From: Octopus vulgaris
Lineage: Eukaryota
Length of the DNA: 64,000 nt
Assembly (NCBI GenBank): GCA_951406725.2
Contig: OX597821.1
Span: 115,878,001 to 115,942,000 of the forward strand
Direction of reading: 5' to 3'
Shown piece after piece: positions 1-12,829 of the stretch (position 1 is the stretch's first letter; each line of letters starts with the position of its first letter). The translations under genes and the position numbers were made by a program. Below the pieces are notes generated by a model. That model was not told where the DNA came from and did not search any database. It saw nothing but the letters and a program-made list of their open reading frames with translations.

Positions 1-54
1 TGTACCGCCTTGCACGTAATGTGAAACACATACACACATATATATATTTTTTTA

Positions 55-276
55 CTACCCACAAGGGGCTAAACACAGAGAGGACAAACAAGGACAGACA
101 AACAGATTAAGTCGATTATATCGACCCAAGTGCTTAACTGGTACTTAATTTATCGACCCCGAAAGGATGAAAGGCAAAGTCGACCTCGGCGGAATTTGAA
201 CTCAGAACGTAACGGCGGACGAAATACGGCTACGCATTTCGCCCGGCGTGCTAACGTTTCTGCCAGCTCGCCGCCT
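55..276 (-). mobile_element. tRNA-derived SINE family A
   Basis: Reverse-complement match to 52361-52588. B box GTTCAAATTCC and central gcctttcatcctttcggggtcgataaa. Confidence 0.85.
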
Positions 277-773
277 TTGAAACACATACACACATATATA
301 TGTACCAAGTTGCACATTCAGTGTAGACATATCGCGCGCAGGCTTCATACACACAATCGTATATGAGCATTCAACGCATACACGTAACGTACTGCGATTT
401 AAAACTTAGACAATAATACACGTGTAACTCATACAGATGTTGCACACTCACTCTTACACACAGTCTAATAGTGACATTTCCACACACTCTCCTTTCTATG
501 CATCCAATAGTGTCCATAGAAAGGAATATATGGATGTATATAAAAAAGTCATTTCCGTATCTAGTCATACAGAAGTATAAATATGCACTTATGTATACAT
601 GGATACATACATGGTTAACCATCAGTTGCCAGCGAGTATGACCAGGTAGGCGGCTGGTACCTCGCTTTCTCTGGTTGTTTTAGGTGCTGTTTTCATAGTC
701 GTAAGTAGACATAGACACTTTTTTGGCCGGCCCTGCTATTCTTGATCCAGTGGAGCATTGGAAATGTGGCAGC

Positions 774-826
<53 letters not shown>

Positions 827-1221
827 GAGAGAGTGAGGGAGGAGAGGGAGGGAGACTGTTGGATCAGCAGTACTCGGATGATAGTTCCTTTAAGCTGAGT
901 AACCCAGGAGCAACGTGAAATGAAGTGTTTTGCTCAAGGACACAGCAGCGCCTGGTCCTGCAGTTGAACGCACAACCTTATGATCATGAGAACAGCACTT
1001 TAATCACAATGCCACTCGTATATAACTATACATGTGCATATATATAAACATGTTTCCCCGCCACATATACACGTAAGCAATTAAAGTGTACACACAGACA
1101 CTTAGTCATAAAGAAAAATGTAAACATTATTGTACACCCTCGAGTAAATAAATAGCTAACAATCCATGCACCTATCTACCCGTACCCCACCCTCTTTGAC
1201 TCCCTCTCTCTCACACACACA

Positions 1222-1269
<48 letters not shown>

Positions 1270-1739
1270 AACACTAATATACATGAACACACATACACTC
1301 GTGCGCACACAAACACACGCATACACATACATATACACACGAATAAAAGCGAGCAAGAAAATTTCGCAAACATGCATCTGCAAGCAAACACGCAGACACA
1401 TAAATGTAATTAGTTTCTAACATTCTGGTTGTTGGTGACAGAATCGGAAGTAAAGGATACAATATGGCCGTTCAGTTTCCGGTTGCTGGTTGGTTTTCTA
1501 TCGACAAATACAACATTCGTCTTTCTGAGACTTTGGCAACGCTGAAGTAGATTAAGGCTTCTATACTGGGCTGTTATAGCGGTCTGATGCCATTGCTAGG
1601 CAAGCTAGAAGAACTTTTTTGCTTAACACCTTCCCCGTACATTGTCCTATCGTCCAAACTTACCCATCAACGCTCTGCAACATCTTACAATACCCTTACA
1701 ACACCTTGCATCACACATCTCAGATACACAAAAAAACCC

Positions 1740-1752
1740 CACCACCACCACC

Positions 1753-1783
<31 letters not shown>

Positions 1784-2497
1784 CCACCACCACCACCACC
1801 ACCACCACCACTACCACCACCATCACCACCACCAACAGCACCCCCAGCACCCCCAGCACCAGCACCACCAGCACCAGCACCACCACCAGCACCACCACCA
1901 CTACCACAACCACCACCACCACCACCACCACCACCATCACCACCATCAACAGTACCCCCAGCACCAGCACCAGCACCACCAGCACCAGCACCGGCACCAC
2001 CACCACCACCACCATCACCACCACCACCACCACCACCACCACCACCACCACCACCACCACCACCACCATCACCACCACCACCACCACCACCACCACCACC
2101 AACAGCACCCCCAGCACCACCAGCACCAGCGCCAGCACCACCATCACCGCCACCAGGGCCACCACCACCAGAGTCACCACAACCAGCATCACCACAACCA
2201 GCACCACCACAACCAGCACCACCACAACCAGCACCACCACAACCAGCACCACCACAACCAGCACCACCACCACAACCAGCACCACCATCACCAGCACCAC
2301 CACAACCACCACCACCACCACCACCATCACCAGCACCACCAGCACCAGCGCCAGCACCACCATCACCGCCACCAGGGCCACCACCACCAGAGTCACCACC
2401 ACCACCAGAGTCACCACAACCAGCACCACCACCACCACCACCAGCACCACCACCATCACCAGCACCACCACCACCAGCACCACCAGTGCCACCACCT
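1740..2497. repeat. Compound (ACC)n/(AGC)n trinucleotide array with higher-order units
   Basis: About 760 bp. 15-bp unit ACCACAACCAGCACC in tandem near 2190-2290 and a ~70-bp block repeated near 2112-2180 and 2331-2400. Confidence 0.9.
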
Positions 2498-2694
2498 TCA
2501 GCCACTTGAATAATTCGATGACGGCGATATTTTAAAATGGCGGATCGAACGAATCCAGTTTGTTAAGCTTGAGGACAGATCGTTGACTTCCTATCAGCAG
2601 CTCGCTCTCCTCGTTTTGTTATCGTTCGCGAACCAATCACAGTCAATTCTATCATATGTAAACCAAACCCACAACCCCATGCACACACACACAC

Positions 2695-2795
<101 letters not shown>

Positions 2796-3254
2796 CACAC
2801 ACGCACGCACGCACACACATGCGCAAACACACTCACGCATTCACTCACATCATTAAATTCGTTTGATCCCTTAATGGAAGTTAGTCTTTTATCAAACATC
2901 TTTTATTCTAAGAACAGTAATTAGTATTCTGCATGTTTGGGTTGGTATGTGTCGCACTATTGTAGTACATGAGTCAATATGTTCACATGTTTATATTCAA
3001 CAGACGAACGAACAAAAAAATGAATGCAAGCATACATGCGCGCGTACGCACACGCGTACACACACACACACATATACGCAGATACACACGCACACGTACA
3101 CATAGCTTTTGGCTGAGTATAATTGACTTCGAGTATATTTACACATAATATATATATATATATATACATATATATACATATATGTGCGTGTGTATACATA
3201 TATGTATATATGTATATATGTATATATATATATATATATAAATATATATTTATA

Positions 3255-3360
<106 letters not shown>

Positions 3361-3507
3361 ATGTATATATGTATTTTCTTTTATTCTTTTGTTTCAGTCA
3401 TTTGACTGCGGTCATGCTGGTCAACAAAGACACCGCCTTTGTTTAGTCGAACAAATCGACCCTAGGACTTATTCTTTGTAATATATAGTACTTATATGTA
3501 TATATAT

Positions 3508-3572
<65 letters not shown>

Positions 3573-3649
3573 CATATATATATATATATATATATGTATG
3601 TAAATGGGGGTGTATATATATATATATATATATATGAATATATAAATAT

Positions 3650-3688
<39 letters not shown>

Positions 3689-5121
3689 CTTGTATGTATA
3701 TTTATACATGGTGCGATGTTTATATGGTTGCGTTAGAATCGCTACAACAATATACAATGCATATGTGCTTTGTTCTGTCACTCTGAAGCCGTAAATCAAC
3801 GTATGGTTGTTGTATACACAGTCGAGATAATCGCCAGTTTGTCAATATGGATTCTTATATAGATTGATATTCTAATAATACCATGATAAATCTCCAACAA
3901 CCAGTGCAAGATAAAGCCTATCTTTGCTACCAAGCAGACAGTTATCTCAAATATAGTGTAAACATCTGTCAATAAACGACAGCGTCCTTTCATATGATCG
4001 ACCTATTGTCGCTGCTTTTTCTCCAACGATGAAAGAAAATGCAGCAAAGCAAATTTGAACTGTTGCCGAAGCCGAGAGCCTCCGTAAATCGCCGATTGAA
4101 GCAAATAACGGCTTCTTTGTCCTCACTCCGGTTACCCAACAAGTAAAGAATCAACAGTAAATAACATTTTAACCTAGTCTTAACACATTTTTGAAATTCG
4201 TTTCAGAAGACGTGGTTCGTTTCTTTGCTCTAATCTCCTAATGAAAGAGGAAAACCTGTTTGACTTAGGAAACAGGCAGTTAGGTATTCACATCTTAGAA
4301 AGCGTAAGATCAGAAACTGAAAGATTTCTTTACTAATGTTTTGTCGTTGTTGTTTAGCTCCAAGGGTGTACCAATCGCACACACTTATGATCAAAGTTGT
4401 CCGCCTGTGCTCATCCCCTCTATTTCAAGCATATCGGCTGCACTATCTAATGCATTTCTTTTTTCATAACTGTAGCATACTTTATTGAGAATTAGTTCGA
4501 TTTCTTGCCGGTTGATTTAGATTTCTAATGCAATTTTATAACAAAAGCACTAGATTTCAAAAAAATGGTTAACTGTGGTTCACGCGAAATTTTCGTTTTT
4601 AATTACATGAGTTGTTATTGGTGATCTTCAGATACTTTTAAGGCCGTCTTAGTGTTGAATGGCACCGACGCCATAGGTATCATTAAAGAAGCGGTTAAAC
4701 TTAAAACAAATCTACAAGGACAAGCAACGAGTTGTAAAGCAATGTAGTTATCAAGGTAGTAGACTTATCTTTATTGTTAGATTTTGACTCACTACTATGA
4801 TATAAAGAGTTTTTTTGCGATAAGAGAAATTTCGACGCGTTAATATAATAGGATGAAGACAGTTCAGATGTCCACAGACTATTCTAGTAGTTATTAGAAG
4901 AAAGTATACATTATATCTACGGGGAAAACATCAGTAGGGTGTACAATGTGCTAAGGCCTTGCATAGAGGCAAATATTGTTTAAAACTGAAGTTTATTTAT
5001 GTACACAGACTGGGACATATACACGCAATCTCTCATACTTGATATGTATAATATTTTATATATAATTTGATGCTAATCCTTGATATATTCTTAATAATTA
5101 TTTTTTATAATTATCTTTCAG

Positions 5122-6567
5122 ATGTTCAGAATGCCTATCAAAAGTTTGGAAACAGAAGACGAAATGTGTTTTGGTGACAGCAGTAGCGAGTTGTTGGGTG
5201 ATGGTTCTTTGCTAGATGACACATGTTCAGAAGATGACTTGGATGATTATGGCAGCGAACCAGAAGATTGCCTGGAAAGCATGACTGGTAATGAAGACGA
5301 ACAAGAAATGAGTGATACAAAGATGAAGAAAAGCGCGAAAAACTATCCTTACCGCAGGAAGAAGGAAGAGAAACCGTCTTCCAAAGACAAGAACGAACCA
5401 CGTCTTCCAAAGAAACGTGGTCCAAAGAAGAAACGGATGACAAAAGCGCGAGTGCAAAAATTACGCTTGCGACGAGTTAAAGCAAATGCACGAGAACGCA
5501 ACCGCATGCATGGTTTGAACGATGCATTGGACACTTTGCGATTGCACGTGCCATGCACGTCCAAGACACAGAAGCTATCGAAAATTGAAACGTTACGACT
5601 GGCACGCAATTATATCAGTGCCTTGGGAGAAATTTTAAAAAATGGTACTAAACCAGATGGTGTCAGTTTTGCGAAAGCTTTGTCAAAAGGTCTTTCTCAA
5701 AACACAATGAATCTCGTTGCTGGATGTCTTCAGCTTAATCCTCGAACATTGCACCCCGATTCTACCCTACCTAAAACATATCAATATGATTTTAGTAGTC
5801 AGATAGATTTTGGTAGCGCTGTTACTCAAATTCCATATCCTCCGTCTTCCTATGCAACGACTCTGCATCATCATCATCATCCTCCTCCTCCTCATCCTCA
5901 TCACCATCAACAACAGCAGAGTCAGCAAAGTATGCAACCGCAGGAACAGCAGCAACACATTCCACCACTTCCTCACCCCCACCATCCTCACCCACACCCC
6001 CATCACCACCAACAGCATCAACATCACCAATTACAGTCGCAACCACAACAACAACAACAACCACTTCCGCCTCCTCCTCCGCCACCACCACAACAGTCAC
6101 AACAGCCACAACCAAACATGAATATCGGGCCAATCACAATGGTAGGCCAGATTCCATCCAATCGATTGTCTTCTTCTCCTCACGCCCCATCTAACGGCAT
6201 GATCACTTCACTACCACCGCCCACCCATCAACAGTACACTAATTACACTACACCGCGTAATCTGAGTCCGTTGAATGCAGAACATAGGGAAGCCTCGTTG
6301 CCTACTGGAAGTATGACACCCGGTTTGACATCAAACAACACTTATCTTCGTTATAACACCAACAATAATACTAACAACAACTCAAACAGCACGTACATGG
6401 TCAATGATGTTGGTATCAGGCGTGGGTACAATGGTTGTGCTCAACCTCAGCCAAGCCCCTATGTCTTATTAGAAGATATCCCCGATTTTCAGAGTGACCC
6501 ACCAGTTCTGGAGCACAATTTAAATATCATAAACGGTAACCGAGGTATATTTGAAATCACTGGTTGA
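5122..6567 (+). CDS. NeuroD: Neurogenic differentiation factor (NeuroD family bHLH transcription factor), 481 aa
   Basis: Acidic N-terminus, [15 protein letters not shown] basic region, b[59 protein letters not shown] and NeuroD-specific [22 protein letters not shown]. The ATG directly follows a splice acceptor (ttatctttcag, 5111-5121), so an upstream exon probably exists. Confidence 0.96.
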   Translation: MFRMPIKSLETEDEMCFGDSSSELLGDGSLLDDTCSEDDLDDYGSEPEDCLESMTGNEDEQEMSDTKMKKSAKNYPYRRKKEEKPSSKDKNEPRLPKKRGPKKKRMTKARVQKLRLRRVKANARERNRMHGLNDALDTLRLHVPCTSKTQKLSKIETLRLARNYISALGEILKNGTKPDGVSFAKALSKGLSQNTMNLVAGCLQLNPRTLHPDSTLPKTYQYDFSSQIDFGSAVTQIPYPPSSYATTLHHHHHPPPPHPHHHQQQQSQQSMQPQEQQQHIPPLPHPHHPHPHPHHHQQHQHHQLQSQPQQQQQPLPPPPPPPPQQSQQPQPNMNIGPITMVGQIPSNRLSSSPHAPSNGMITSLPPPTHQQYTNYTTPRNLSPLNAEHREASLPTGSMTPGLTSNNTYLRYNTNNNTNNNSNSTYMVNDVGIRRGYNGCAQPQPSPYVLLEDIPDFQSDPPVLEHNLNIINGNRGIFEITG

Positions 6568-8500
6568 GCTGCTGAGATTCTATCATCATCCGCCATATAT
6601 CTTGTTCCTTCCGATCACAGCAACATGAACTTATTTTGGAGTAAGCGACAATTTCCTCTGAATTTACAGCCGGCAATGAAATATTTGCTATTTTTTCTTT
6701 TTGTGGACAATATTTTTCTTTTAAAAAATAAATGAAACAAGAATAAAATACGTATTTTACACAAAGAGAACAATTTTAAGTTTGAAAGAAGTCTTCAAAT
6801 TATTTAGCAACTTCTTTTCTTTAAAAATATCAAGAGACTTATCGCTGGCAATGCTGTTGATAACAGCAGCGAATGCAAATCTGTCGAAAATGTCTATGTT
6901 GAGTGTTCTTTTTCTTTTTTGATGTTTTGTTGCAATGATCTGTCTTTCTGTGGTTAGTAACCAGAGTTTGGGCGATTTATAACACATTTGGTTTTGATTA
7001 AACGTAAAAGATTTCTGATCGAAGCGGACGCTTTTATAACGTTGCTTCTTATTGGATGGAATAAATATACGTACAAATATGATTCAGCCTACAAATGACT
7101 GCAGATCTAACTAACCATGTCGATGGATATGACGAAAAGCAGAAAAAAGGATCTGATAATTGCTTTGATTCAAACAATGAACATCTTTCAAAATGCAATA
7201 TTCGAGACATTATCTAAAGAGTAGAAACGACTTTTGGTTTTATGCTGTGCCTTCTTGAAACTTTTTTTTTTTAAGTAAAATTGCTGTTTTGTTTGGTTTC
7301 TGAACAAGTAAAATCAGAACATTCATCAAAACAGAGTTATTTTTATCCTTCGTAAATACAATTGGCTTCCATTTTGATAAAACGCCACACTTGTTAATCT
7401 GAAACAACAAACTTATTTTTGATTCTTATAAGTTTGTCAGACAATTGTCAGCATTTCCGTTGAATTACTGTCAAGAACATATATTTATGTTAAACTTCTT
7501 ACTTCCCACCACATTTCTTTCGACCATATTCTGTCTGAATAACTTACATTTATTTTTCTGTTTCCCTTGAATCTATTTATTTGCACAAATATACCTGCCT
7601 CTCAATAGTAGTTTTGTCTTCACCATAAAATAATTATTAACAAGAAAAAAAAAAAAATGTAAACGATGGATGGCAAAAATGCATTGAAAAGACAGCGTCC
7701 GAGATTACAGCAATGCGTGTTATTTGAACTAATGGACAAAAAAGCAATTAACTCAAACAAATTTTTGAGATAAACTGTATTGGCTTAAATTTTATCTCTT
7801 TTCGTTTAAGAGACATATTTTCTTTTTTTGTCAGACTACGGATATGGGAATTTTCAGACTCATTAAAAATTGTTTTAAAATATTTTTGATAACAACAGAT
7901 CGGCTGAGCTCTCTGGATTTTATTAACACATTGGTTTGTCTCCGTGTATTGTAATGTATTTAAAGCCACTCAAACTGGCAGAGTCCGTTTCTCCCTGTAC
8001 ACTCTGTATTACAAGCTAATGAAACATTTGTGAAATGAACAACAGCTCCATTCATGATATTTACCAGGGTACTTTATACACAATTCCCTCAGCCAGTTGC
8101 TACGTCCAATACGATTAAATTATCTTTATTTAAAAATGATCTTATACATTCAAGCTTCTGATATATTTTCTCTCTCTCTCTCTTTTTTTCTTTTTTTTTA
8201 CCTAAAATTAGTCATCATCGAGGGACTCAACAATATTAATATCTCATTGTTCAATGAAGATAATCGTCAATGATTTACATATTATATATTGCTTTTGAAG
8301 ATTCCCATATAATTTAATTCAGTCAGGTCAAAATTTGTCTTTCCTCAGACCAGGTTCATAAAACAGGCATCAAGCGGCAAGTATTGATGCCGATTGGGTC
8401 AACTAAACCTGACAATCTCACGTTTTTTAGCTTTCTCCAAATGTGAGAAATTCACCGTTAACAGAAAAACAGGAAATATCTTTCTGTAACTTTTTTTTTT
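6568..8500 (+). other. Putative NeuroD 3' UTR / TE-free downstream region
   Basis: U-rich unique sequence with AATAAA near 6727, 6742 and 7060 and no recognisable TE or long microsatellite. True 3' end unknown. Confidence 0.45.
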
Positions 8501-8970
8501 GAACTCCTTATGTTTATGTATATGCATTGAGATATAATTGATGTAGTTTTATCTCCGTTTCGGCTAATGTGTGCGTTGGGTGTGTGTGTGTATATAATTT
8601 CATATATAGTGTACTTGTACACATATACATACAAGCACATATATATTCAAATATTATACATATGTGTATGTATATACATGTGAGTGTGTAAGTACGTGTG
8701 TATGTGCTTGTATGTGTGTAAGCGAGAGGCCCTATGTCTATCTATGTGTGTGCATGTATGTTTGTATGTGTGTTTGAAGAAAATGGCTCGACTCAATCCA
8801 CGGCGACAAATAACTTATTGGAAAGAAATATTCTTTAAAAAAGATAATTGATATCTGTCTAGAAGTCTTAAGATTACATCAAAATCTTAATCGAAATTCT
8901 CAGGATGCTATTTTTTTTATTAATACAATTTGGACATCTCTATATGTAAACATGAATGGTTCCGTGTGTT

Positions 8971-9056
<86 letters not shown>

Positions 9057-9673
9057 TGTCTATGTGTGTGTGTATGTGTGTGTGTGTATAAGCGCGCACT
9101 TAAATATATTTAAATATATTTACGTATAATTCCATTTATTTATTTTTACGTGTATGCTAATATAAATGAATGCATGTTTTTCTTAGAGGTTTATTTAAAT
9201 TCATCGCAGAACTCAACCGAGAAGGATTTTTGTGTCTGACTGTTCAAAGGGTCTGTGAATATTTAAAATTAATATGTATATCTATGTAGGTGTATACATG
9301 AACATACTTGCATTCATCTACTGCTGTACAAGTCTCACCCCAGTGAGACTGATTATTCTCCATGTATAACCATATATGTGTGCTTGTTATTTACGCACAT
9401 GTGATTGTGAATATATGTTAATTGCAGCTCATTGAATTGGGAATCTCTGGAATGTTTTACAAAACTTCCCCGTACCACAAGTAGATTGGATTTAGAGGAC
9501 GATCGCTTTGTTTTTTCTTGAAAAACTATTTTTTGTCAGATATGCATATCACTGAGTATTTATGATAGCAAGTATAAATAAAAATAGCCTGGATATATGA
9601 TCTACAATTTCCGTATTACATTATTTACATTATTTACATTTGACGGATATTTGTCCTCATCTTGTTTGTTGTT

Positions 9674-9730
9674 AACACAACGTTTCGGCTGATATTTCGG
9701 TTGATATACCCTCCAGCCTTCATCAGGTGT
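9674..9730 (-). ncRNA. Minimal type I hammerhead ribozyme motif (family 1)
   Basis: Minus strand reads ACAC CTGATGA A GGCTG-gagggtatatcaaccgaaatat-CAGCC GAAA CGTT GTGTT. Confidence 0.7.
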
Positions 9731-9946
9731 ATTGGGGAAATTTCGAACCAGGGTTCTCATTCCTAAGGTATTTTTCGATCTTCTTCTTCTTCTTCTTCTT
9801 CTTCTTCTTCTTCTTCTTCTTCTTCTTCTTCTTCTTCTTCTTCTTCTTCTTCTTCTTCTTCTTCTTCTTCATGTCACTGCCTGGAATCGAACTCGGAATC
9901 TTGGGGTTAGTAGCCCGCGCTCTTAACCACTATGCCATATGCCCAA

Positions 9947-9992
9947 GACATCTGATGAAGGCTGTAGGGTATATCAGCCGAAACGTTGTGTT
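9947..9992 (+). ncRNA. Minimal type I hammerhead ribozyme motif (family 1)
   Basis: GACAT CTGATGA A GGCTG-tagggtatat-CAGCC GAAA CGTT GTGTT. Stem I, conserved core, 5-bp stem II and palindromic AACGTT at stem III. Confidence 0.75.
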
Positions 9993-11409
9993 AACAACAA
10001 AAGACAAGATGAGGACAAATATCGTCAAATGTAAAATAATGTACATAATTCTTCATCTATTAAAATATAGAACAATATCCGTATTAGTTCCCTACAGATG
10101 GTACTCAAAAGCCATTTTGACAAATCTCGTACCTTGCTTCCATCCCTTCGTTTATAAAGCTTTCCAATGGGGGTTAATATATTTCTAGTCTTCATGTCGA
10201 ATTTTTGGATCGCTTCCAGTGTCTGACGTACTGGTACTACCACTGGAACTGCAGACACGTCATGGATAGAATTCTGATTGGAAGCGGACAACTCTTACGT
10301 CCATATTTTCTGAAGTCTGCTGAAGTGTTTGTCATACAAGCTTTACTCACTGCACCAACGTCGTATGCTATGTTCTCGAAAATTCTGAGACTCTTTAAAC
10401 ATTTGTTAATTAGCGCGGTGGAATAAACACGCCATGTATGTATGTATGTATGTATGTATGTATGTATGTATGTATGTATGTATGTATGTATGTATGTATG
10501 TATGTATGTATGTATGTATGTATGTATGTATGTATGAATGCAGCGCAGGATAAGGAGGATGTCAACCGTACTATTTACTGAGGTGTTTCACCACTTTTTA
10601 AAAAACAGCAAATTTCGAAAGGTATTTTTATGAATGGTAGATATATTTCTATGAGTCTGTAGCAATCAGTCGTCTTATACACACATCAATGAAAAAACAA
10701 TTGCGTCCTGTATTCAGTTTTACGATGCCTGGTGATCCTGTAGTATTTTTATGCATATTACCAGGGAGTACCGTCCGACTTAGCTATCTTCACTGTATGT
10801 ATCTATGCATGTTAGTATTTACAATATTTAACTTTTATAAAGTATGTTAATAAGTTTAAAGCGAATTCAGTATTGCTTGCAAGAATCAATTTTGTAATAA
10901 AAATGCCTAATTCATCAGTGGATAAGAATATAGCGAATGATCATCTGCGTAATCGATCGACTTGCCAGAAACAGCAGCAAAGTCATCCCAAAGTAGACAC
11001 CCTACCGTCCTAGATGAAGAAGGATACATTTATTAATGTAGTGCAAAATATACAGAAAGTCAGGATGTTTAAAACCGGAATACCTTCAAACATAGATATA
11101 TTTGATCATAGATAGTCTAGTTTCAAACAATCTCCACAATATTAGAAGAACTTTACAATGTTATACAGATCTTCATTGTTGCATTGATTGACTGAGATGC
11201 CAGAAGAATACATTCTTCTTTACATAGCTGCTCAATACCTGTCATTGGTTTACTGATCCTAATCAATGGTATTTATCGAATAAATATGTTTCCTTTGTAT
11301 ATCATTTTAAATAAAAATATTTTACGTACATTTCCCTGTGAAACAATGTCGACGAATAGTTTTGCATAGTGAAAAGCGTACCTGACGTAGTACGTGCTAT
11401 AAGTAGAGA

Positions 11410-11996
11410 ATGTATGCATGTATGTATGCATGTATGTATGCATGTATGTATGCATGTATGTATGTATGTATGTATGTATGTATGTATGTATGTATGTATG
11501 TACGTACGTACGTACGTACGTACGTACGTATGTATGTATGTATGTATGTATGTATGTATGTATGTATGTATGTATGTATGTACGTACGTACGTACGTACG
11601 TATGTATGTATGTATGTATGTATGTATGTATGTATGCATGCATGCATGTATGTACGTATGTATGTATGTATGTATGTATGTATGTATGTATGCATGTATG
11701 TATGTATGTAAGTTTATGTTTGTATGTATGTATACATGCATGAAAGCATGTATATATGTATGTATATAGGTAAGTTGGTTGGTAGGTAGTTAGGCAGGCA
11801 GGTAGGCAGGTAGGCAGGTGGGTAGGTAGGTAGGTAGGTAGGTAGGTAGGTAGGTAGGTTGGTAGGTAGGTAGGTGGGTAGGTAGGTATGTATGTAGGTA
11901 GGTAGGTATGTAGGTTGGTAGGTAGGTTGGTAGGTAGGTAGGTAGGTAGGTAGGTAGGTAGGCAGGCAGGTAGGTAGGCAGGCAGACAGGTAGGTA
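11410..11996. repeat. Compound tetranucleotide microsatellite (TATG/TACG/TAGG)n; similar arrays at 10435-10536, 20813-21264, 23022-23132, 32505-32761, 33070-33178, 33722-34380, 62930-63047, 63625-63705
   Basis: Directly visible. Source of the YVCM/HTYI/LPTY/IYLS pseudo-ORFs. Confidence 0.95.
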
Positions 11997-12829
11997 TATT
12001 CCAAGTAGTGCGGGATGTCGCCTTGCTGTTTTCTGGGGATTTTCATCATTTTTAAAACAGCAAATCACGGAAGATGCACTTCTTTGGGTGTAAGGGAGAT
12101 GTATTTGTATGAGCATCAGTGGAATAATACATACACCGTCAATCACATTTCAAGAGCTTAGTGAGGCCATTTCTGTATTTTATTTGTTTTTAGCTAGCTC
12201 TATACATATTCTAATGTATGTTTTAAAATATGATGTGATGTATTATTTTTACGACCAATTGGAGCCATTCGTGTTGATGCAGTTCTCAGCGAATTTGCTA
12301 AACTTATGTATGTATGTATGTATGTATGTATGTATGTATGTATGTATGTGTCTTTGCGTTTAAATGGTTGAAGAGCCATGCAAGCAATTTTAATTGACAC
12401 AACGCCTAATCCAGTGAGCTGCTAAAATTCTTTCACTACAATCCAGCTTTATGCTATTCGTTTGATCAAAAGAGTTATTTTCCTCATCATATTCTGATGT
12501 GCCTCTATTCTGTTTTTCACTCAGCTCGAATATTCTATGTACTCTAGCCGATTGATGACGTTAATCATATGCCTTTCATTTCCCATGCCTTTAGTTATCT
12601 TCGTGCAAAATGTTTATGATGGCAGGCAATTCTTGTCATTATGTTGGGTCTTCTAAAGACGATGTATATTTTTCAACTAGTAATAATAAAATATTTAAAA
12701 AATTCATTATCTGTTGTTTTTGTTAATATATACTTTCTTTAATGCAATATTTATATATCGTCGCCACAAACAAGGACCATCAAATGGAATGTGTATGGTA
12801 TAATTTTACACCTAAAGAATTATACATGT

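Larger units (their letters stand above)
9615..10072 (-). mobile_element. tRNA-headed SINE-like element with internal (GAA)n, hammerhead motif and inverted 3' duplication
   Basis: Minus strand: head 9944-9872 with A box TGGCATAGTGG and B box GTTCGATTCC, (GAA)n 9870-9780, body with hammerhead, (TGTAAATAA)n tail. An inverted copy of the 3' part lies at about 9942-10072. Confidence 0.7.

Noticed and set aside
1587-2535. Long His-, Pro-, Thr-, Val- and Gly-rich ORFs (mucin, extensin or histidine-rich protein look-alikes)
   Set aside because: All derive from one (ACC)n array open in five frames. No unique domain or convincing splice context.
1445-2543. ETS-like CGGAAGT/TTCCGG (1445-1482) and YY1-like AAAATGGCGG (2534-2543) as a NeuroD promoter
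   Set aside because: Short motifs with no identifiable first exon or donor. Cannot be supported from sequence alone.
7580-7587. TTTGCACA miR-19 8mer in the NeuroD downstream region
   Set aside because: miR-19 is to my knowledge not a mollusc miRNA family, so this is a likely chance match.
9872-9944. tRNA gene
   Set aside because: A and B boxes are present but the acceptor stem does not close. It is a SINE head, as are those at 18664, 41177, 52361 and 60287.
11273-12363. YVCM/HTYI/LPTY-type ORFs here and at 20669-21421, 32430-32803, 33696-34554
   Set aside because: Translations of tetranucleotide microsatellites.
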